Below, one piece after another: positions 43,631 through 54,356 of a DNA stretch of 64,000 nt (within the stretch, counting starts at the first letter, position 1; every line of letters begins with the position of its first letter). The notes below the pieces were generated by a model. The model was not told where the DNA came from. It saw nothing but the letters and a program-made list of their open reading frames with translations, and did no database searches. The stretch covers positions 1 to 64,000 of IMG/VR virus record IMGVR_UViG_3300009709_000022; one strand, written 5' to 3'. The position numbers were made by a program, and so were the translations under genes. This stretch comes from a virus.

Positions 43631-45457
43631 TCATGCAGATATCTCCGCAGGGCGCACACTCAGCGCCACTGCAACAGGGCTAACCCAGATGGGCATAGCA
43701 GACAGGGAGAAGGTCTCCCCGGACCACGCCAGCAACAGCGTGTGGGCCATTACGTCGCCGATGGCGGTAGCAGCACGCGGTGGCACGGCGTTGCCGATGC
43801 GCTCACGCTTTGCCCCGTCTCCATCGCCGTCCAAGTCGAAGATGTCGTCAGGATCAATCAGAGATTGCAGCGCGGCCAGCTCCAGCGTTGTGAAAGGCCG
43901 GTGCCACGTACCGTCCATGGAGCGGATGATGGCGACCAGCTTGTCATTCGCAGCCGGTAGCGCGTCTATGCGTGGATCGGCGACGTTCCAGCGGCCATTG
44001 TCGGTGCTGGCCGCAGCCGATACCGCCCCGCATGTCTCATTGAATCCCACCACGCCATAGTGCCCATTGGTGAGGTACGCATCGCCGCGTTTCTTCTGCC
44101 CGCCTGGGCGAGGGTCGGCAACGGAGAGCCACCCGCCCTGCACGCCCTTGCCGCCAGCGATGACGGTGCCGCAGGGCTTGTCATAGTCGCACACTGCGAG
44201 GTTTCCGTATCGGTTTTCCCACGCTGGACGGGGATCGGCAATTCCGAGGCCACCGGCAGATGGACCGGTGCCGCCACTGATGGCTTGGCTTGCTTCGTCC
44301 CAGCGCTGAATGCGGTAGACGTTGTTGTAGCGCCCTTCGGCTAGGAGGCGTGGGTCTGCAATCGAAATCGGGCCTTGCCCCGGCGCTCCTTGCCCGGTGA
44401 CAACACCAGACGTATCACTCCACGACTGCACGCCGTACTGCGAGTAGTGGTTCTGCCCACCTTCAAACCGAGGATCGGCAACCGCGAAAGCGCCGCGCGT
44501 CGGTGCTGCCATGCCGGTGATGGTGCCGCTGGTATCTTCCCACCGCTGCACACCCAACGTGTCGCCGTACCAGTTACCCGGTACCAGTACGAAGTCTTGC
44601 AGGTGGCCGTCTGCCACGCGCAGTTTGTTGAGGGAGCGCCAGTCGCTGCCAGCTTCCACGAATGCCAGCCGCACCCATGTCTTCCATTGCAAGTTGGGCA
44701 ACAGGTGCATCGGGCCACCGCGCGGATCTCCTGGCATTGGAAAGCGGCTCAGGACGTCGCCCACGGCCCGCAGCGTGCGCTTGGGTGGCTCATACAGGAA
44801 CGGCGGAACCTTTTCCGTGTGCCGTGCCACCATAAGAAAACGCTTGCGTGATTGCGCCAGTTCGCCAAGCTCCCCGCAGTCGTGGAATGTCTCGGCCACG
44901 GCGTAGCCATACGCGCGAAGCATTGATCCAATCTGATCGAGCAGGTTGCGGCCACGGGTGGCGATGCGCGGGACGTTCTCAAAGATGATGAGTTCGGGCA
45001 AGCTGTCGCGGAACGCCTCCAGCATGAGCCACACACCGCGCAGGGTGAGGCGGTTCAGTGCCTGATACTTGCCGGTCTTGCTGCGCGTCTCAGAGAGCAG
45101 CCCGCTAAATCCTTTGCACGGTGCCGACAGGAAAACGATGTTCGGAAACTCGCCGCCCGCAGCTCGCCGAATGTCGTCGGGTGTGGCCTCTACCCAATCG
45201 CTCGGCGGCTCGCATTCGTGGAATTCCTTGTATTGTTCGCGGTCGAACATGTCCAGGACGGTGCCGCGTGAATCTGAGAGCTTGTCGAAGTCACGGATGG
45301 CGGCTGGCGACACGTCGACGCCACCGATGCAGCGCATACGTGCGCGTAACCCGTTCACTGTTGCCGTGCTGCGGTTGAAGCCCTTGGCACCACCACCAAG
45401 GCCGCAAAAGAGATGGAAGTGGCGGACATCTACGTCCTGAATGTGACCGATTTGCAT
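43631..45457 (-). CDS. Orphan DNA cytosine-5 methyltransferase with five internal ADPR repeats
   Basis: LFCGLGG, SAPCKGFS, ENV, QSRKR, IGNAVPP. Confidence 0.93.
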   Translation of the reverse strand: MQIGHIQDVDVRHFHLFCGLGGGAKGFNRSTATVNGLRARMRCIGGVDVSPAAIRDFDKLSDSRGTVLDMFDREQYKEFHECEPPSDWVEATPDDIRRAAGGEFPNIVFLSAPCKGFSGLLSETRSKTGKYQALNRLTLRGVWLMLEAFRDSLPELIIFENVPRIATRGRNLLDQIGSMLRAYGYAVAETFHDCGELGELAQSRKRFLMVARHTEKVPPFLYEPPKRTLRAVGDVLSRFPMPGDPRGGPMHLLPNLQWKTWVRLAFVEAGSDWRSLNKLRVADGHLQDFVLVPGNWYGDTLGVQRWEDTSGTITGMAAPTRGAFAVADPRFEGGQNHYSQYGVQSWSDTSGVVTGQGAPGQGPISIADPRLLAEGRYNNVYRIQRWDEASQAISGGTGPSAGGLGIADPRPAWENRYGNLAVCDYDKPCGTVIAGGKGVQGGWLSVADPRPGGQKKRGDAYLTNGHYGVVGFNETCGAVSAAASTDNGRWNVADPRIDALPAANDKLVAIIRSMDGTWHRPFTTLELAALQSLIDPDDIFDLDGDGDGAKRERIGNAVPPRAATAIGDVMAHTLLLAWSGETFSLSAMPIWVSPVAVALSVRPAEISA

Positions 45458-45517
45458 GAAAGTATCGTCCTCGCGCGGGGTAAAAAGGGTGGGGGCGCGA
45501 ACGCCCCCGGTAATGGT

Positions 45518-46225
45518 TTAGCTGTCGAAGTCCATGACCAAGCGAACGTTATCGTGGCCGTGCAGGGTGCCCAGCTTCAACATCGTAGGAAGGATGCGAG
45601 TCCACAACTGCGTGGCAGCTTTGGGATATCCAGTTTCCCATTCAACATGGGAATACGTGCGTGCGTAGCGGGTATTGAATACTTCCACTGCCTCGCGGTA
45701 TTCAAGCCCACGTTTATCCTTCACAGCTTCATCGAAATTGCGTTGCATTTCGACCTGTGACACATGATCAATGCCCGTACCGCTGATCCCTCCGCAGTAA
45801 TTGCGCGGCTCTGCTTTTCTTCCCTGCCATGAAGCAAACTCTTCGCCGTTGATCCAGCCGCGAGACTTTGTGGTGCGTGTCCAGTCATACGCGAGGATTT
45901 CAGAGAGCGTTACCCATGTCGCGCTGTGTTCATCACTTAGCGCGGATCGTGCTTCATCGCTGATGTCTTCAGGGACGCCGCGACCGTCAGACATCGGAAT
46001 GAACCCGTCTCCCATGTCGCAGCCCGCAAATCCGCGTCCGTTGCGTACGTTGCCAAGGATGGCGAACAGGTCATAATCGCGGTCAATATCGAGTGCGGAA
46101 CGGGTTTCCGGTTCGTCTTCGTACTTACCAAAATAGGGGTTCGGTACCGTTACGGCGATCCATGCAGAAACGCCTTCAGGGGTGTTGGTGCGGTATTCAA
46201 TAGCGGGGTGGATGTCGCAGCCCAT
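45518..46225 (-). CDS. Conserved phage protein (MGCDIH family)
   Basis: MGCDIH, RDYDLFAIL.NVRN, RG.P.D.S, VRLV..FDS. Confidence 0.8.
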   Translation of the reverse strand: MGCDIHPAIEYRTNTPEGVSAWIAVTVPNPYFGKYEDEPETRSALDIDRDYDLFAILGNVRNGRGFAGCDMGDGFIPMSDGRGVPEDISDEARSALSDEHSATWVTLSEILAYDWTRTTKSRGWINGEEFASWQGRKAEPRNYCGGISGTGIDHVSQVEMQRNFDEAVKDKRGLEYREAVEVFNTRYARTYSHVEWETGYPKAATQLWTRILPTMLKLGTLHGHDNVRLVMDFDS

Positions 46226-46619
46226 TTTGTTTGTCCTCGTCTTTCGGTGTGGTTAGAACAGCGTTTGATGTGGGTTGGCGGTGGTGTCACGGAACAGCGG
46301 CGAACGGCTTTCAATCTCGCCAGCCAGAGACTCAATGCTGCCAGCCGGCGAGAGCAAGCGTGCGGTAAGTTGCCGGCCCTCCTCCTCGGCGCGTGCCTGG
46401 GCGCGTTCCGCGTCGCAGTTGTCCATGCCGGGAAGCGTGTGGGTGTCTTCGGGCCGCATAGCTACCTCCACGAGGCGGCGCAGCTTGGGCACCAGTGGAA
46501 CCCGATGTTCCATTCGTGCGGTTCATTGTCGAGCGTCCACCGGCGGCAGAAGCACGTCATGCAAGAGACGCCATCCCACCCGCGTTCCTTCCACATTTGT
46601 TGTGTCTTCTCCAGGTCGG

Positions 46620-47174
46620 TCATGCGCTCACCTTAAAGGTGCCGTTCACGATTGCCACCACGTCATCGCGGTAAAACTCTTCGTCGCAGGAATTGCAACG
46701 GATGCCGTCACCGTCGCCGTTGTAGTTCAGGTCTGAGTTATCCGCTAGTAGAACCTCAACACCCTGGGGTTTCGTCTCATATCCCACTACGGCACGGTTC
46801 TCGGTCATGTCAGAGTAGGAGTGCAATTCGCCATCGTCACACAGTGGGCACTTAATCGCGGGCGGATCAATGACGCGCAGCCCTGGCAATTCGCTGCTGA
46901 ACTGCTGCAAGCCTTCGCTTGCGGTTTCTTCGGCGTAGTGGTCAGCGGCTCCGCGCAGCGCATCGGCGAAATGAATCTCTTCGCGGTCGCAGTAGTGGGC
47001 CAGGTCGCAGAGCAGGTCTTGCAGATTCTGCGCGCGCAGGTCGAAGCCCTCGCCGCGTAGCTTACCGCTCACGAGTTCGCCCATGGGTGAGGCCGCGAAT
47101 TTGTTGAGCGCAGCGGCTGCAGCGGTGGCCCGCTTGCCGTTCATCTTGTCGGGGTTCGGTGTCTTGTATGCCAT
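46620..47174 (-). CDS. Hypothetical protein with C-terminal Zn ribbon
   Basis: DLLCDLAHYC...A..HY.EE; CPLC...CNSC. Confidence 0.7.
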   Translation of the reverse strand: MAYKTPNPDKMNGKRATAAAAALNKFAASPMGELVSGKLRGEGFDLRAQNLQDLLCDLAHYCDREEIHFADALRGAADHYAEETASEGLQQFSSELPGLRVIDPPAIKCPLCDDGELHSYSDMTENRAVVGYETKPQGVEVLLADNSDLNYNGDGDGIRCNSCDEEFYRDDVVAIVNGTFKVSA

Positions 47175-47234
47175 GGTGACGGGTTCCTCTTGGTGCGATA
47201 GCCGGGATACGCTCCCGGCGGGCGGCAATGTGGA

Positions 47235-47501
47235 TTACAGGGGCAGGTCGTCGACAGAGTTGGGAAGGGGAAGCGGATCGGGAAGGACTTCGTCTTCCAA
47301 CGGCTCCGGCTCCGCGCTCTTCCGCTTGGTCAGTTCATAGTGGCGAATGACATACGCCGCTGCTGCCCGGGCCTCGTCGGGGGTTAGATAGATCCGGCCA
47401 GAGGTGTTTACTTTGACATGGAATTCTTCCGCGAATTCCCTCTCTGTGTCGCTGATCGGATCTCCTTCGATCAACTTGCCGTCTTTGTCGATGATGTACA
47501 T
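47235..47501 (-). CDS. Hypothetical protein
   Basis: RBS GAGGA. Confidence 0.6.
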   Translation of the reverse strand: MYIIDKDGKLIEGDPISDTEREFAEEFHVKVNTSGRIYLTPDEARAAAAYVIRHYELTKRKSAEPEPLEDEVLPDPLPLPNSVDDLPL

Positions 47502-47617
47502 ACGGTGTCCTCGCTGTTGGTGTGGTGGTACGGGTGAAGTGTTGGGCGGTGGCTCTTGTCCGGGGAGTGCGGGGAGCCACCGCGCGGCGCGGGCTGTTGT
47601 TGTCTTATGTGCCCGCG

Positions 47618-49465
47618 CTATGCCTCAATCGTGAGTAGAACGGTGTTGACGTTCGTGCCTGATTCCTTGAAGGTGCCAGCGGGTAGCGGTTCCCATATAC
47701 CGCCCGACGCCTCCACCAGCGGCAACAGTTCGCGCTCTTGACGCGGACCACCGGCGCATATGGCCACCAGTCGACCGCCGGGCTTGAGGAAGTGAATCGC
47801 GTGCTTGATGTGGGCAATGTCCTGCGCGTTGGAAAATGGCGGGTTCATGAGTACGCGGTCAAACTTGCCCAGGTTGCCATTCTGTTGCAGGAAGTCACCG
47901 CATACGATTTCGTCGGCGTGTGACTCCAGTTTGTAAACGAGGCTTGAGCTGATCTCTACCGCGACCACCTGCCCATTGGGGCGCACAGGTGGCAATGCGG
48001 CGAGGATGTTGCCGGTTCCTGCACTCGGCTCCAGCACGCGATGGCCGGGCCGAATATCGGCTTCGTCCACCATACGGGCGGCGAGTTCGGGCGGCGTGGG
48101 GAAGAGCTGCGGCGCGACGACCACCTGCACGCCAGCCTTTGCGCTCTTCTCCATGTTGTGCAGGTCAGAGTACGACGGAATGCGAGGATCGCACGGCACG
48201 GCGGCGCGTGCTTCGGCGTATACGTTGCGGGTCTGCACAAGCTCGCTCACGCTCTGGGCCTTCACCTCTTCCGTGTCGTGGCGAGGCTGGAAGCGTGGAA
48301 CCGGAACCGCTGACGGAGGCGGGGCGTCCGTTGTCAGCTTCGGCACAAACTTCTCTTTTTCGTCGCTGATAAAGACGCGGCGGAGTTCGCTACGTCCATC
48401 CTTGAAAATCATCGCTACGCGGTAGCGGTATGCGCCATAGTCACCGCTGGCTTTCTCTTCGCGCGTGCCTTTGTAATCGGTGTGGATTTTCTTCCACTCT
48501 GCGGATGTCATCGCATGGCATCCCGCGCAGTTGACGTTAGTAAGCGGTGGCAGTGCGCGTTTTTTCTTCTCGGGAGCCTTGAAGTCGCCCAGCATGGCAC
48601 GCTCATAGCTCAGGCGATTCTCGTAATGCTCAATCCAGCGCGTTTGGTGAGCAATGCTGAGCGGGTATGCTTCGCGTGCGGCCTCAAAAATCTCATCCAG
48701 CGTACGGGGAACAAAGAACCGCGAAGGCTCCTCGCGTAGCACATCGTATGGCGTGCAACGAGACGTCCATGTCGGGTCGTCGCCTTCCTTGCGTCGCAGG
48801 GTCAGACCGCAGCGGCCACCGGCGATGATACGCGCCATCTTTAGCTGCTTCTCGCTGTCTTCGATCTGGCTGCACTTCTCCCAAGCGGCGAGATAATCCT
48901 CTGCCTCCTTAACGTTGCGCTGGTGCTTCCGCATGTCCGCCTCTAGCCCTTTGATACGGCGCATGCGAACGCCTGGCAGTTCCTTGTACTTCGCGTGCGC
49001 CAATGCGCCGGTGGCGCGTTCCGTCCAATAGCTTGCCGTCTTCCACATCTGGACGGTCTTCCGGATGCCGTTCTGGATGCGCTGCGCGTCCTTGCGTGCG
49101 TGGCGCTCGGAGTGATGGCCTACAAGAATCGGCTGACCGAACGGGATGTGTTCGGTAATGGCTTCAACGGCTGCGCTCGCACGCACTGCATCATCTGCGC
49201 GTTTGCTGCTGTACTCACTGAAACGTTCGGCGCGTTGCTCCGCACGCTCCACTAGCGACGTGTCTTCGTCGCCAATCTCGCCGCACATCTCAATCAGCAA
49301 ATCTTCGCGGCTGGGTGTCCACATCGGAGCCACGAAAAGCTCTTGTTTTGGTGCCCACTTGAAGCCGTTGGCCTTCATGCGGTTGTAGTCCTCGGTAGAA
49401 AGGCGGCACGCGGGATAGAGACGCAGCTTGTTGTCTTCGGGCGAGTAGGTGGCTGTATGCTGCAT
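47618..49465 (-). CDS. DUF3560-domain protein fused to an N6-adenine methyltransferase
   Basis: YSPEDNKLRLY, GQPILVGHHSE, VLEPSAGTG, VLMNPPF. Confidence 0.9.
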   Translation of the reverse strand: MQHTATYSPEDNKLRLYPACRLSTEDYNRMKANGFKWAPKQELFVAPMWTPSREDLLIEMCGEIGDEDTSLVERAEQRAERFSEYSSKRADDAVRASAAVEAITEHIPFGQPILVGHHSERHARKDAQRIQNGIRKTVQMWKTASYWTERATGALAHAKYKELPGVRMRRIKGLEADMRKHQRNVKEAEDYLAAWEKCSQIEDSEKQLKMARIIAGGRCGLTLRRKEGDDPTWTSRCTPYDVLREEPSRFFVPRTLDEIFEAAREAYPLSIAHQTRWIEHYENRLSYERAMLGDFKAPEKKKRALPPLTNVNCAGCHAMTSAEWKKIHTDYKGTREEKASGDYGAYRYRVAMIFKDGRSELRRVFISDEKEKFVPKLTTDAPPPSAVPVPRFQPRHDTEEVKAQSVSELVQTRNVYAEARAAVPCDPRIPSYSDLHNMEKSAKAGVQVVVAPQLFPTPPELAARMVDEADIRPGHRVLEPSAGTGNILAALPPVRPNGQVVAVEISSSLVYKLESHADEIVCGDFLQQNGNLGKFDRVLMNPPFSNAQDIAHIKHAIHFLKPGGRLVAICAGGPRQERELLPLVEASGGIWEPLPAGTFKESGTNVNTVLLTIEA

Positions 49466-49523
49466 GGCGACGGGTTCTCCTTAGTAATGCTTGCACTACT
49501 ATGATGCATTGCGGCGCGGTGTG

Positions 49524-49880
49524 TCAACTAGAAACTTGAGTCTCGGCGTAGATTTTTTGGGCAAGCTCCGTACCCTCGAACCATGGGCGCAGCGGCAGGG
49601 AGATTGCGTCGGGTTGTGCGGGGTATCCGTGTTGCCTACGCCATTCGTTACTGGCGGCTTGCTCCTGCTTCAAATGGTGTTGCAGTGTGGCGATGTGGTT
49701 CGGGCGCTCGGCTCCGCTGAATACGATCCCGTTGTTGTCCACGCTCATCAATTGGCCGTTGACTTCGTAGAGGCTGATGCCGCCCGTGTTGGTGTGGACA
49801 AAAACCACGGATTGGGTGGCGTGGATACGGTCAGACTTGCGGCGGGCGAAGCGGCTAACGAGTTCGGCAATCTTTCCCAT
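49524..49880 (-). CDS. Hypothetical protein
   Basis: RBS AAGGA. Confidence 0.6.
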   Translation of the reverse strand: MGKIAELVSRFARRKSDRIHATQSVVFVHTNTGGISLYEVNGQLMSVDNNGIVFSGAERPNHIATLQHHLKQEQAASNEWRRQHGYPAQPDAISLPLRPWFEGTELAQKIYAETQVSS

Positions 49881-50246
49881 GGTGTCCTTTCGTGGTTAGA
49901 GGCAGGTCAGGCCCACAATCAACAGGGCGGCGGCAGTGGCGGCGATAAAGCGGATCTCTAAGCGGTGCATGGCGCTCCCTGTACGGCTGGCGGGGTGTTG
50001 GGTTGGGGGTGTACCGCTGCGGCTTTTTTCTGAACTGCTGCAGCGGCCTGGATGAGATAGCCAAAGTTGGCGGCGAAGTGCATTTGACGGGTTCCTTAAC
50101 GCTTGATGGTTGCGGGTTTGGGCGGTTTTCCCCCGCCCTTGCATCCCGGATCGTGTTTGTACAAGCTGGGGCCGTGTGTAGCGACAACCCCCGCAGAAGT
50201 GAGCGCGTAGCGTTCTCCGCACTGGCAGCACTTACCGGTCATGAGC

Positions 50247-51095
50247 TTATCCTTCGAATGCGGCGATGCGTTCCAGCATTGAGGCGATGCGTGCCTCGGT
50301 GTGCGGCACGCCACCGGGAAAGTCTTTCGCGGGTACGGCGTCGAGTGCATCATCGCTGGCGTACTGCAACACAAGCAAGGCGCGGCGCAGGATCACGGCT
50401 TCGCTCATGCTGAACACGGCATAGGGAATGCCCTTGTCGAAGGTCTTCGCGTCCCATTTGCGGATGCTCTTTCCGGTGTCGCTGTACTGAATCCAGATGT
50501 TGCCGGGAGCTCCGGGGGGATGGGCTCCGGTCGTCTCTGCCTGAACCTCGGCAGTTTCGCGAATGTCTTCGAGCAAGCGCACGGGGCAATGGACGCTGTG
50601 GAGGTATCCGGCAGGCGCGGCACAGGTGCATTTTGTCTCTGCTCTGGTTTCTCTATGCATCGGACATTGCGGATGCATCGGGCCATCAAAAGGCTGGCAC
50701 CAACACGCATCGGAGGGAGAGAATGGAACGCCCGCAGCTTCCTGTTCTTCGGTTGGCTCTGGCTCCTGCTTCAGCCCGTAATGCTTGCGTGCCTCGGCCT
50801 TGATGCGCTCCACGGCTTCAGAGTCGAACGCCTTCGCGTGCTGCGCGTCGATGTTCTTCTGTGTGGCCCGTTCGCCAAATGCCTGGAACGTCGTTTCACT
50901 GTAATCGGCTTGCATCATGAACGTCTCTAAGCCATCGCCAACGAAAACGATACGGGCCATAGAGCGCAGGTGCTTCTCTGGGATGGTTGCTTGCATGGTG
51001 GTCAGCTTCAGAATGGCGCGTTTCTTGTCGCCCCGGATGTAGTCGGGTAGGTTTAATTCGGGCATTTCAATGCGGGTAACTGCTTCGGTTGCCAT
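50247..51095 (-). CDS. Hypothetical protein with CxC...H...C repeats
   Basis: GCGAGGACGA before ATG. Confidence 0.7.
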   Translation of the reverse strand: MATEAVTRIEMPELNLPDYIRGDKKRAILKLTTMQATIPEKHLRSMARIVFVGDGLETFMMQADYSETTFQAFGERATQKNIDAQHAKAFDSEAVERIKAEARKHYGLKQEPEPTEEQEAAGVPFSPSDACWCQPFDGPMHPQCPMHRETRAETKCTCAAPAGYLHSVHCPVRLLEDIRETAEVQAETTGAHPPGAPGNIWIQYSDTGKSIRKWDAKTFDKGIPYAVFSMSEAVILRRALLVLQYASDDALDAVPAKDFPGGVPHTEARIASMLERIAAFEG

Positions 51096-51170
51096 GTGGT
51101 TTCGTCCTCGCTTGTCTATGTCTGGATTTTGCCGGGATTCGCCGCCCGGCGCGGTCAATCGGTTGGTGGT

Positions 51171-52346
51171 CTAGTCAACGTCCATCTCATGATCGTGCAT
51201 GGAGGTGTCAAGGCCCGGCGTGTCGTCGCGGTCGGCGTTGTCCTTCGCCATGGCTTCCTTGGCGTGCTTCTGGCAGACCGGGCGACCGGCGCTGTCCTCG
51301 CAGACCTTCGGCAGCTCGCAGCGGTAGCACTCTTCCGCCTCGTACTCCTCGCCGTCTTCGTCCTCGTCGCCGTCCTCATTCGGGATCGTGCCGTCAGCGT
51401 TCCGCGTGACAAACTCGCTTCCGTCGGTGTCCCATTCCGGCGCGGCCATGACTCCGGCACGGAAACCGGCCTGCTCTTCCGCGCTGGCATGCGTGTAGAT
51501 GGAGACAGGCCCCTGCGAGTCACCGGCGTCGCCCCATCGGATCAGGGTTTCGAAGACTGGCGCAGGATTAGCGGCTGATTCCTGGCCTTCAACGTACGGT
51601 TGAGGGCCGAACGTCCACGGGTGAGAATGCTCCTCAATCGCGTAGCTGTCGCCGGTGCCTTCAAGTTCTTCCGCCCAATACTGTTCCCACCATGCGGAAG
51701 CTCCCGCAATGTCGCCCGCATGAATCAGGGCCATCAGTTCGGTGCGGTGCTTTCGGTCTTGCTCAATCCATTCGTTGTACTCGTCGTCTACCGGTTCGCC
51801 GGTGACCTTCAACGCTTCATCCCAACGCGGAAAAGCGTTGTCGGCGAGACCTTCCCACGCCTGCCACTCCGTGAGGTAAAGGCGCGTCGTCAGCCCCTCG
51901 TCGTTGTTGCTGGTCATGCTCCACACCCTGAACGGCCCCGGCGTCTCGGCATGGATTTGCGCCGCATTCCCGGCCCGGAGCGGTTCCCCAAGGCATCCGG
52001 CAGCCTCACACACCATCCTCGCCACCTCTCGCTCTTTCCGCTCTCCCAACCCATCCAGCCCAAGCCGACGCCGCCCGGCGTCGTCCAACCCATGCATAAA
52101 CCGCAACGCACCACCGTCACCCGTTCGGGTGGCTGTCACAAACCACTGACGACGACCCGACACCTCGTTCGCCACGTACGCAAACGCCTCCCCCTTGCCA
52201 TCCAGAAGCAGCACCCCGTTCGTGTACCGCTTCCAAAACCCATCGCACGTCACCGGCCCCGCAAACAAGCTCGCCACCATATCGCCTGTGTTCTCCGCGT
52301 ACTTCCGACCCTGTATCTCAATCACCATCGCCTCAACCCCTCTCAT
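51171..52346 (-). CDS. Acidic multi-domain hypothetical protein
   Basis: Long ORF, first large gene of the leftward operon. Confidence 0.7.
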   Translation of the reverse strand: MRGVEAMVIEIQGRKYAENTGDMVASLFAGPVTCDGFWKRYTNGVLLLDGKGEAFAYVANEVSGRRQWFVTATRTGDGGALRFMHGLDDAGRRRLGLDGLGERKEREVARMVCEAAGCLGEPLRAGNAAQIHAETPGPFRVWSMTSNNDEGLTTRLYLTEWQAWEGLADNAFPRWDEALKVTGEPVDDEYNEWIEQDRKHRTELMALIHAGDIAGASAWWEQYWAEELEGTGDSYAIEEHSHPWTFGPQPYVEGQESAANPAPVFETLIRWGDAGDSQGPVSIYTHASAEEQAGFRAGVMAAPEWDTDGSEFVTRNADGTIPNEDGDEDEDGEEYEAEECYRCELPKVCEDSAGRPVCQKHAKEAMAKDNADRDDTPGLDTSMHDHEMDVD

Positions 52347-52538
52347 TTCGTCTTCCAGTTGCACTTCTCACGCAGCCAAAACACGCCACGCCATATTAGG
52401 AACGCACACAACCCGCTGAACCCACGCCCATTACACGATTCGTCTCCGCAAGCACCGCACGCAGCCGACACGTCAAACACTCGCCCAACAACCACTCCAC
52501 GCGACACACGACGCAGCACATTGGCCGCATCGTCGCGC

Positions 52539-52691
52539 TCACTTCTTCACCGCCAGCGTGTAGAGCAGACCGAGGCCAGCGATGCAGAGGCACGCGGTGT
52601 AGATGCCTGTTGGTGTTTGGCTGATGACGCCCACGATTGCAGCAGTGCCCACGATGGGAAAGCTGATGAGGAAGACTGCGACTCGAAGCAT
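52539..52691 (-). CDS. Small membrane protein
   Basis: Two TM segments; AGGAGAACCCGTCA leader; TTGACG promoter upstream. Confidence 0.6.
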   Translation of the reverse strand: MLRVAVFLISFPIVGTAAIVGVISQTPTGIYTACLCIAGLGLLYTLAVKK

Positions 52692-52827
52692 TGACGGGTT
52701 CTCCTGTGTGACATCTCTACAGTGATGCATAGCGGCGCATCGCGTCAAGGAATCTTTAGTAACCACCTGCGGTTACTGCGCACGGTTATCCCGCGTGTAC
52801 ACTCGGAGTGTAGTTAGGGGCGACAGA

Positions 52828-53202
52828 ATGGCGAAGACGAACATCATGGGCTGGCGGTGTGAGTTCGACTCGTGCGGCCATGTGTGGATGGCATCCAGCG
52901 AGCAGGCTCCCGCGCGGTGCCCGAAGTGCAAGCGGGCGAATTGGCACGAGCGGACGACACGGAAGACCCGCAAGGCGATACCGCTGGAAAGCTGGGGGCA
53001 GCAGCTACAGCCCGGCGATGCTCTACTCATCCCCAAGCCCTCAGCCGTGGGTAAGACGGAACCCATTGACCTCAAAGCCGTCCGCGTCCTGCGCGATGCT
53101 GCCGCCACCGGCAAGCTCATGCCAGCGTCCCAACTCCCAGCACGACCAGCCCACGCCCCCGGTTGCCGCTGCATGATGTGTTCCAGCCCCCGACCGTCCT
53201 GA
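52828..53202 (+). CDS. Zn-ribbon protein
   Basis: C....CGHVW......P..CPKCK...W. Confidence 0.65.
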   Translation: MAKTNIMGWRCEFDSCGHVWMASSEQAPARCPKCKRANWHERTTRKTRKAIPLESWGQQLQPGDALLIPKPSAVGKTEPIDLKAVRVLRDAAATGKLMPASQLPARPAHAPGCRCMMCSSPRPS

Positions 53203-53428
53203 CCGCTGCCGCTCCTCCCCCTCCCACCCGCTCCAAGTTCTGCCCCGACCTCCCCCCACCCGGGCCATGCCACCCCATGCCGCCCACCAGCCGGCGCACA
53301 CCCTCCAGGCACACCAGCCCCACCACCCCCGGCAAGCCCGCCGACAAGGGGTATACCCCCCCTGCACCCCGCGTCGCGTCGCGACTGACCCCAGCCCCAC
53401 GTTTTTCAAGTGACGGGATTCTAGCCAG

Positions 53429-53471
53429 TACACAAATTTGTGTAGACTTGATACACAAGAGTGTGTATTCT
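53429..53471 (+). promoter_or_regulatory. Promoter overlapped by two TACACA-N4-TGTGTA palindromes
   Basis: TAGACT-17-TATTCT; palindromes 53429-53444 and 53452-53467. Confidence 0.6.
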
Positions 53472-53848
53472 GTGTTTGGGGGTGGGTATGGATCTGCTGA
53501 TTGGCATTGGGTGTTTTTTGGTGGTTGCGGCTTTGGTGTTCGTGAAGTGGTCAAAGGTGGGGCTGTGCTCACGTTGTGGTGTGAATCCTCAGTCTGTGGG
53601 GTGCGATATTTGCGACGAGTGCATGTCGTACACGGGGATGTGGAGGGGTTTGCGATGACGTTGAGTGCGATTGATTTGCTGGATATGGCCTGTGGTGTGG
53701 CTATTGTTTCGGCGTTCTGTTCGGGGTTTGCGTATCAGCGCGGGCACCGTGAGGGGATGCGGAACGGGATAGCTGTGGGTCGGATGGCGCATGCTGTGGA
53801 CGACGCGGTGAAGCTGGACGAAGTGTTTGGGAAGCGAGGGTAGGGGGT

Positions 53849-54145
53849 ATGGAGCCTCAAAAAAATGCGGCGGACGCTTCGCGTCATGTAGAGGCTTACG
53901 GGGAGACCCCGGCGTGTCCCCAGGATGCTCCGCCGCGCAGGGTTCGGAAATACGGGCGAATCCTGCGTTGGCTCCAGCGGCATCACTGGGTCCACTCGTG
54001 GTCGCGGTGGGAAGATGTCGAAGGAAAGACCTTCCAATCACACCCCGTCACTGGCAAGATCATCACCATGCCCCAGAATTTTCAAACCCGCGTGTGCTTG
54101 TACTGCCTGCTGCGGCAAACAAGGAAGGTCTCGTCATGGCGATAA
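53849..54145 (+). CDS. Hypothetical protein
   Basis: H.WS.W...Q.R.C..C motif. Confidence 0.55.
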   Translation: MEPQKNAADASRHVEAYGETPACPQDAPPRRVRKYGRILRWLQRHHWVHSWSRWEDVEGKTFQSHPVTGKIITMPQNFQTRVCLYCLLRQTRKVSSWR

Positions 54146-54356
54146 GGTTTCCGGCGAACTGCATCATCGTCGCCGCGATTGCTTGCCTCAAGCCTGGCAA
54201 TCGAATGCACTGGGCACGCAATCAAAGCGGGCGCTGGCATTGCTACTGGACACGCCGCGATGGGCGAAGTTTTCGATTCTACAAGCCGCGCTCGGGCAAC
54301 AGGACGTACCTGCAGAACACGATGTACATTGGCGAAATCAAAGAGGTCAAGTAGGC

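Noticed and set aside
53163-53654. 5' part of ORF 53163-53843 and antisense Gly-rich ORFs
   Set aside because: Low-complexity products of the C-rich skewed tract; only the short downstream ORFs (53488-53658, 53655-53843) look plausible.
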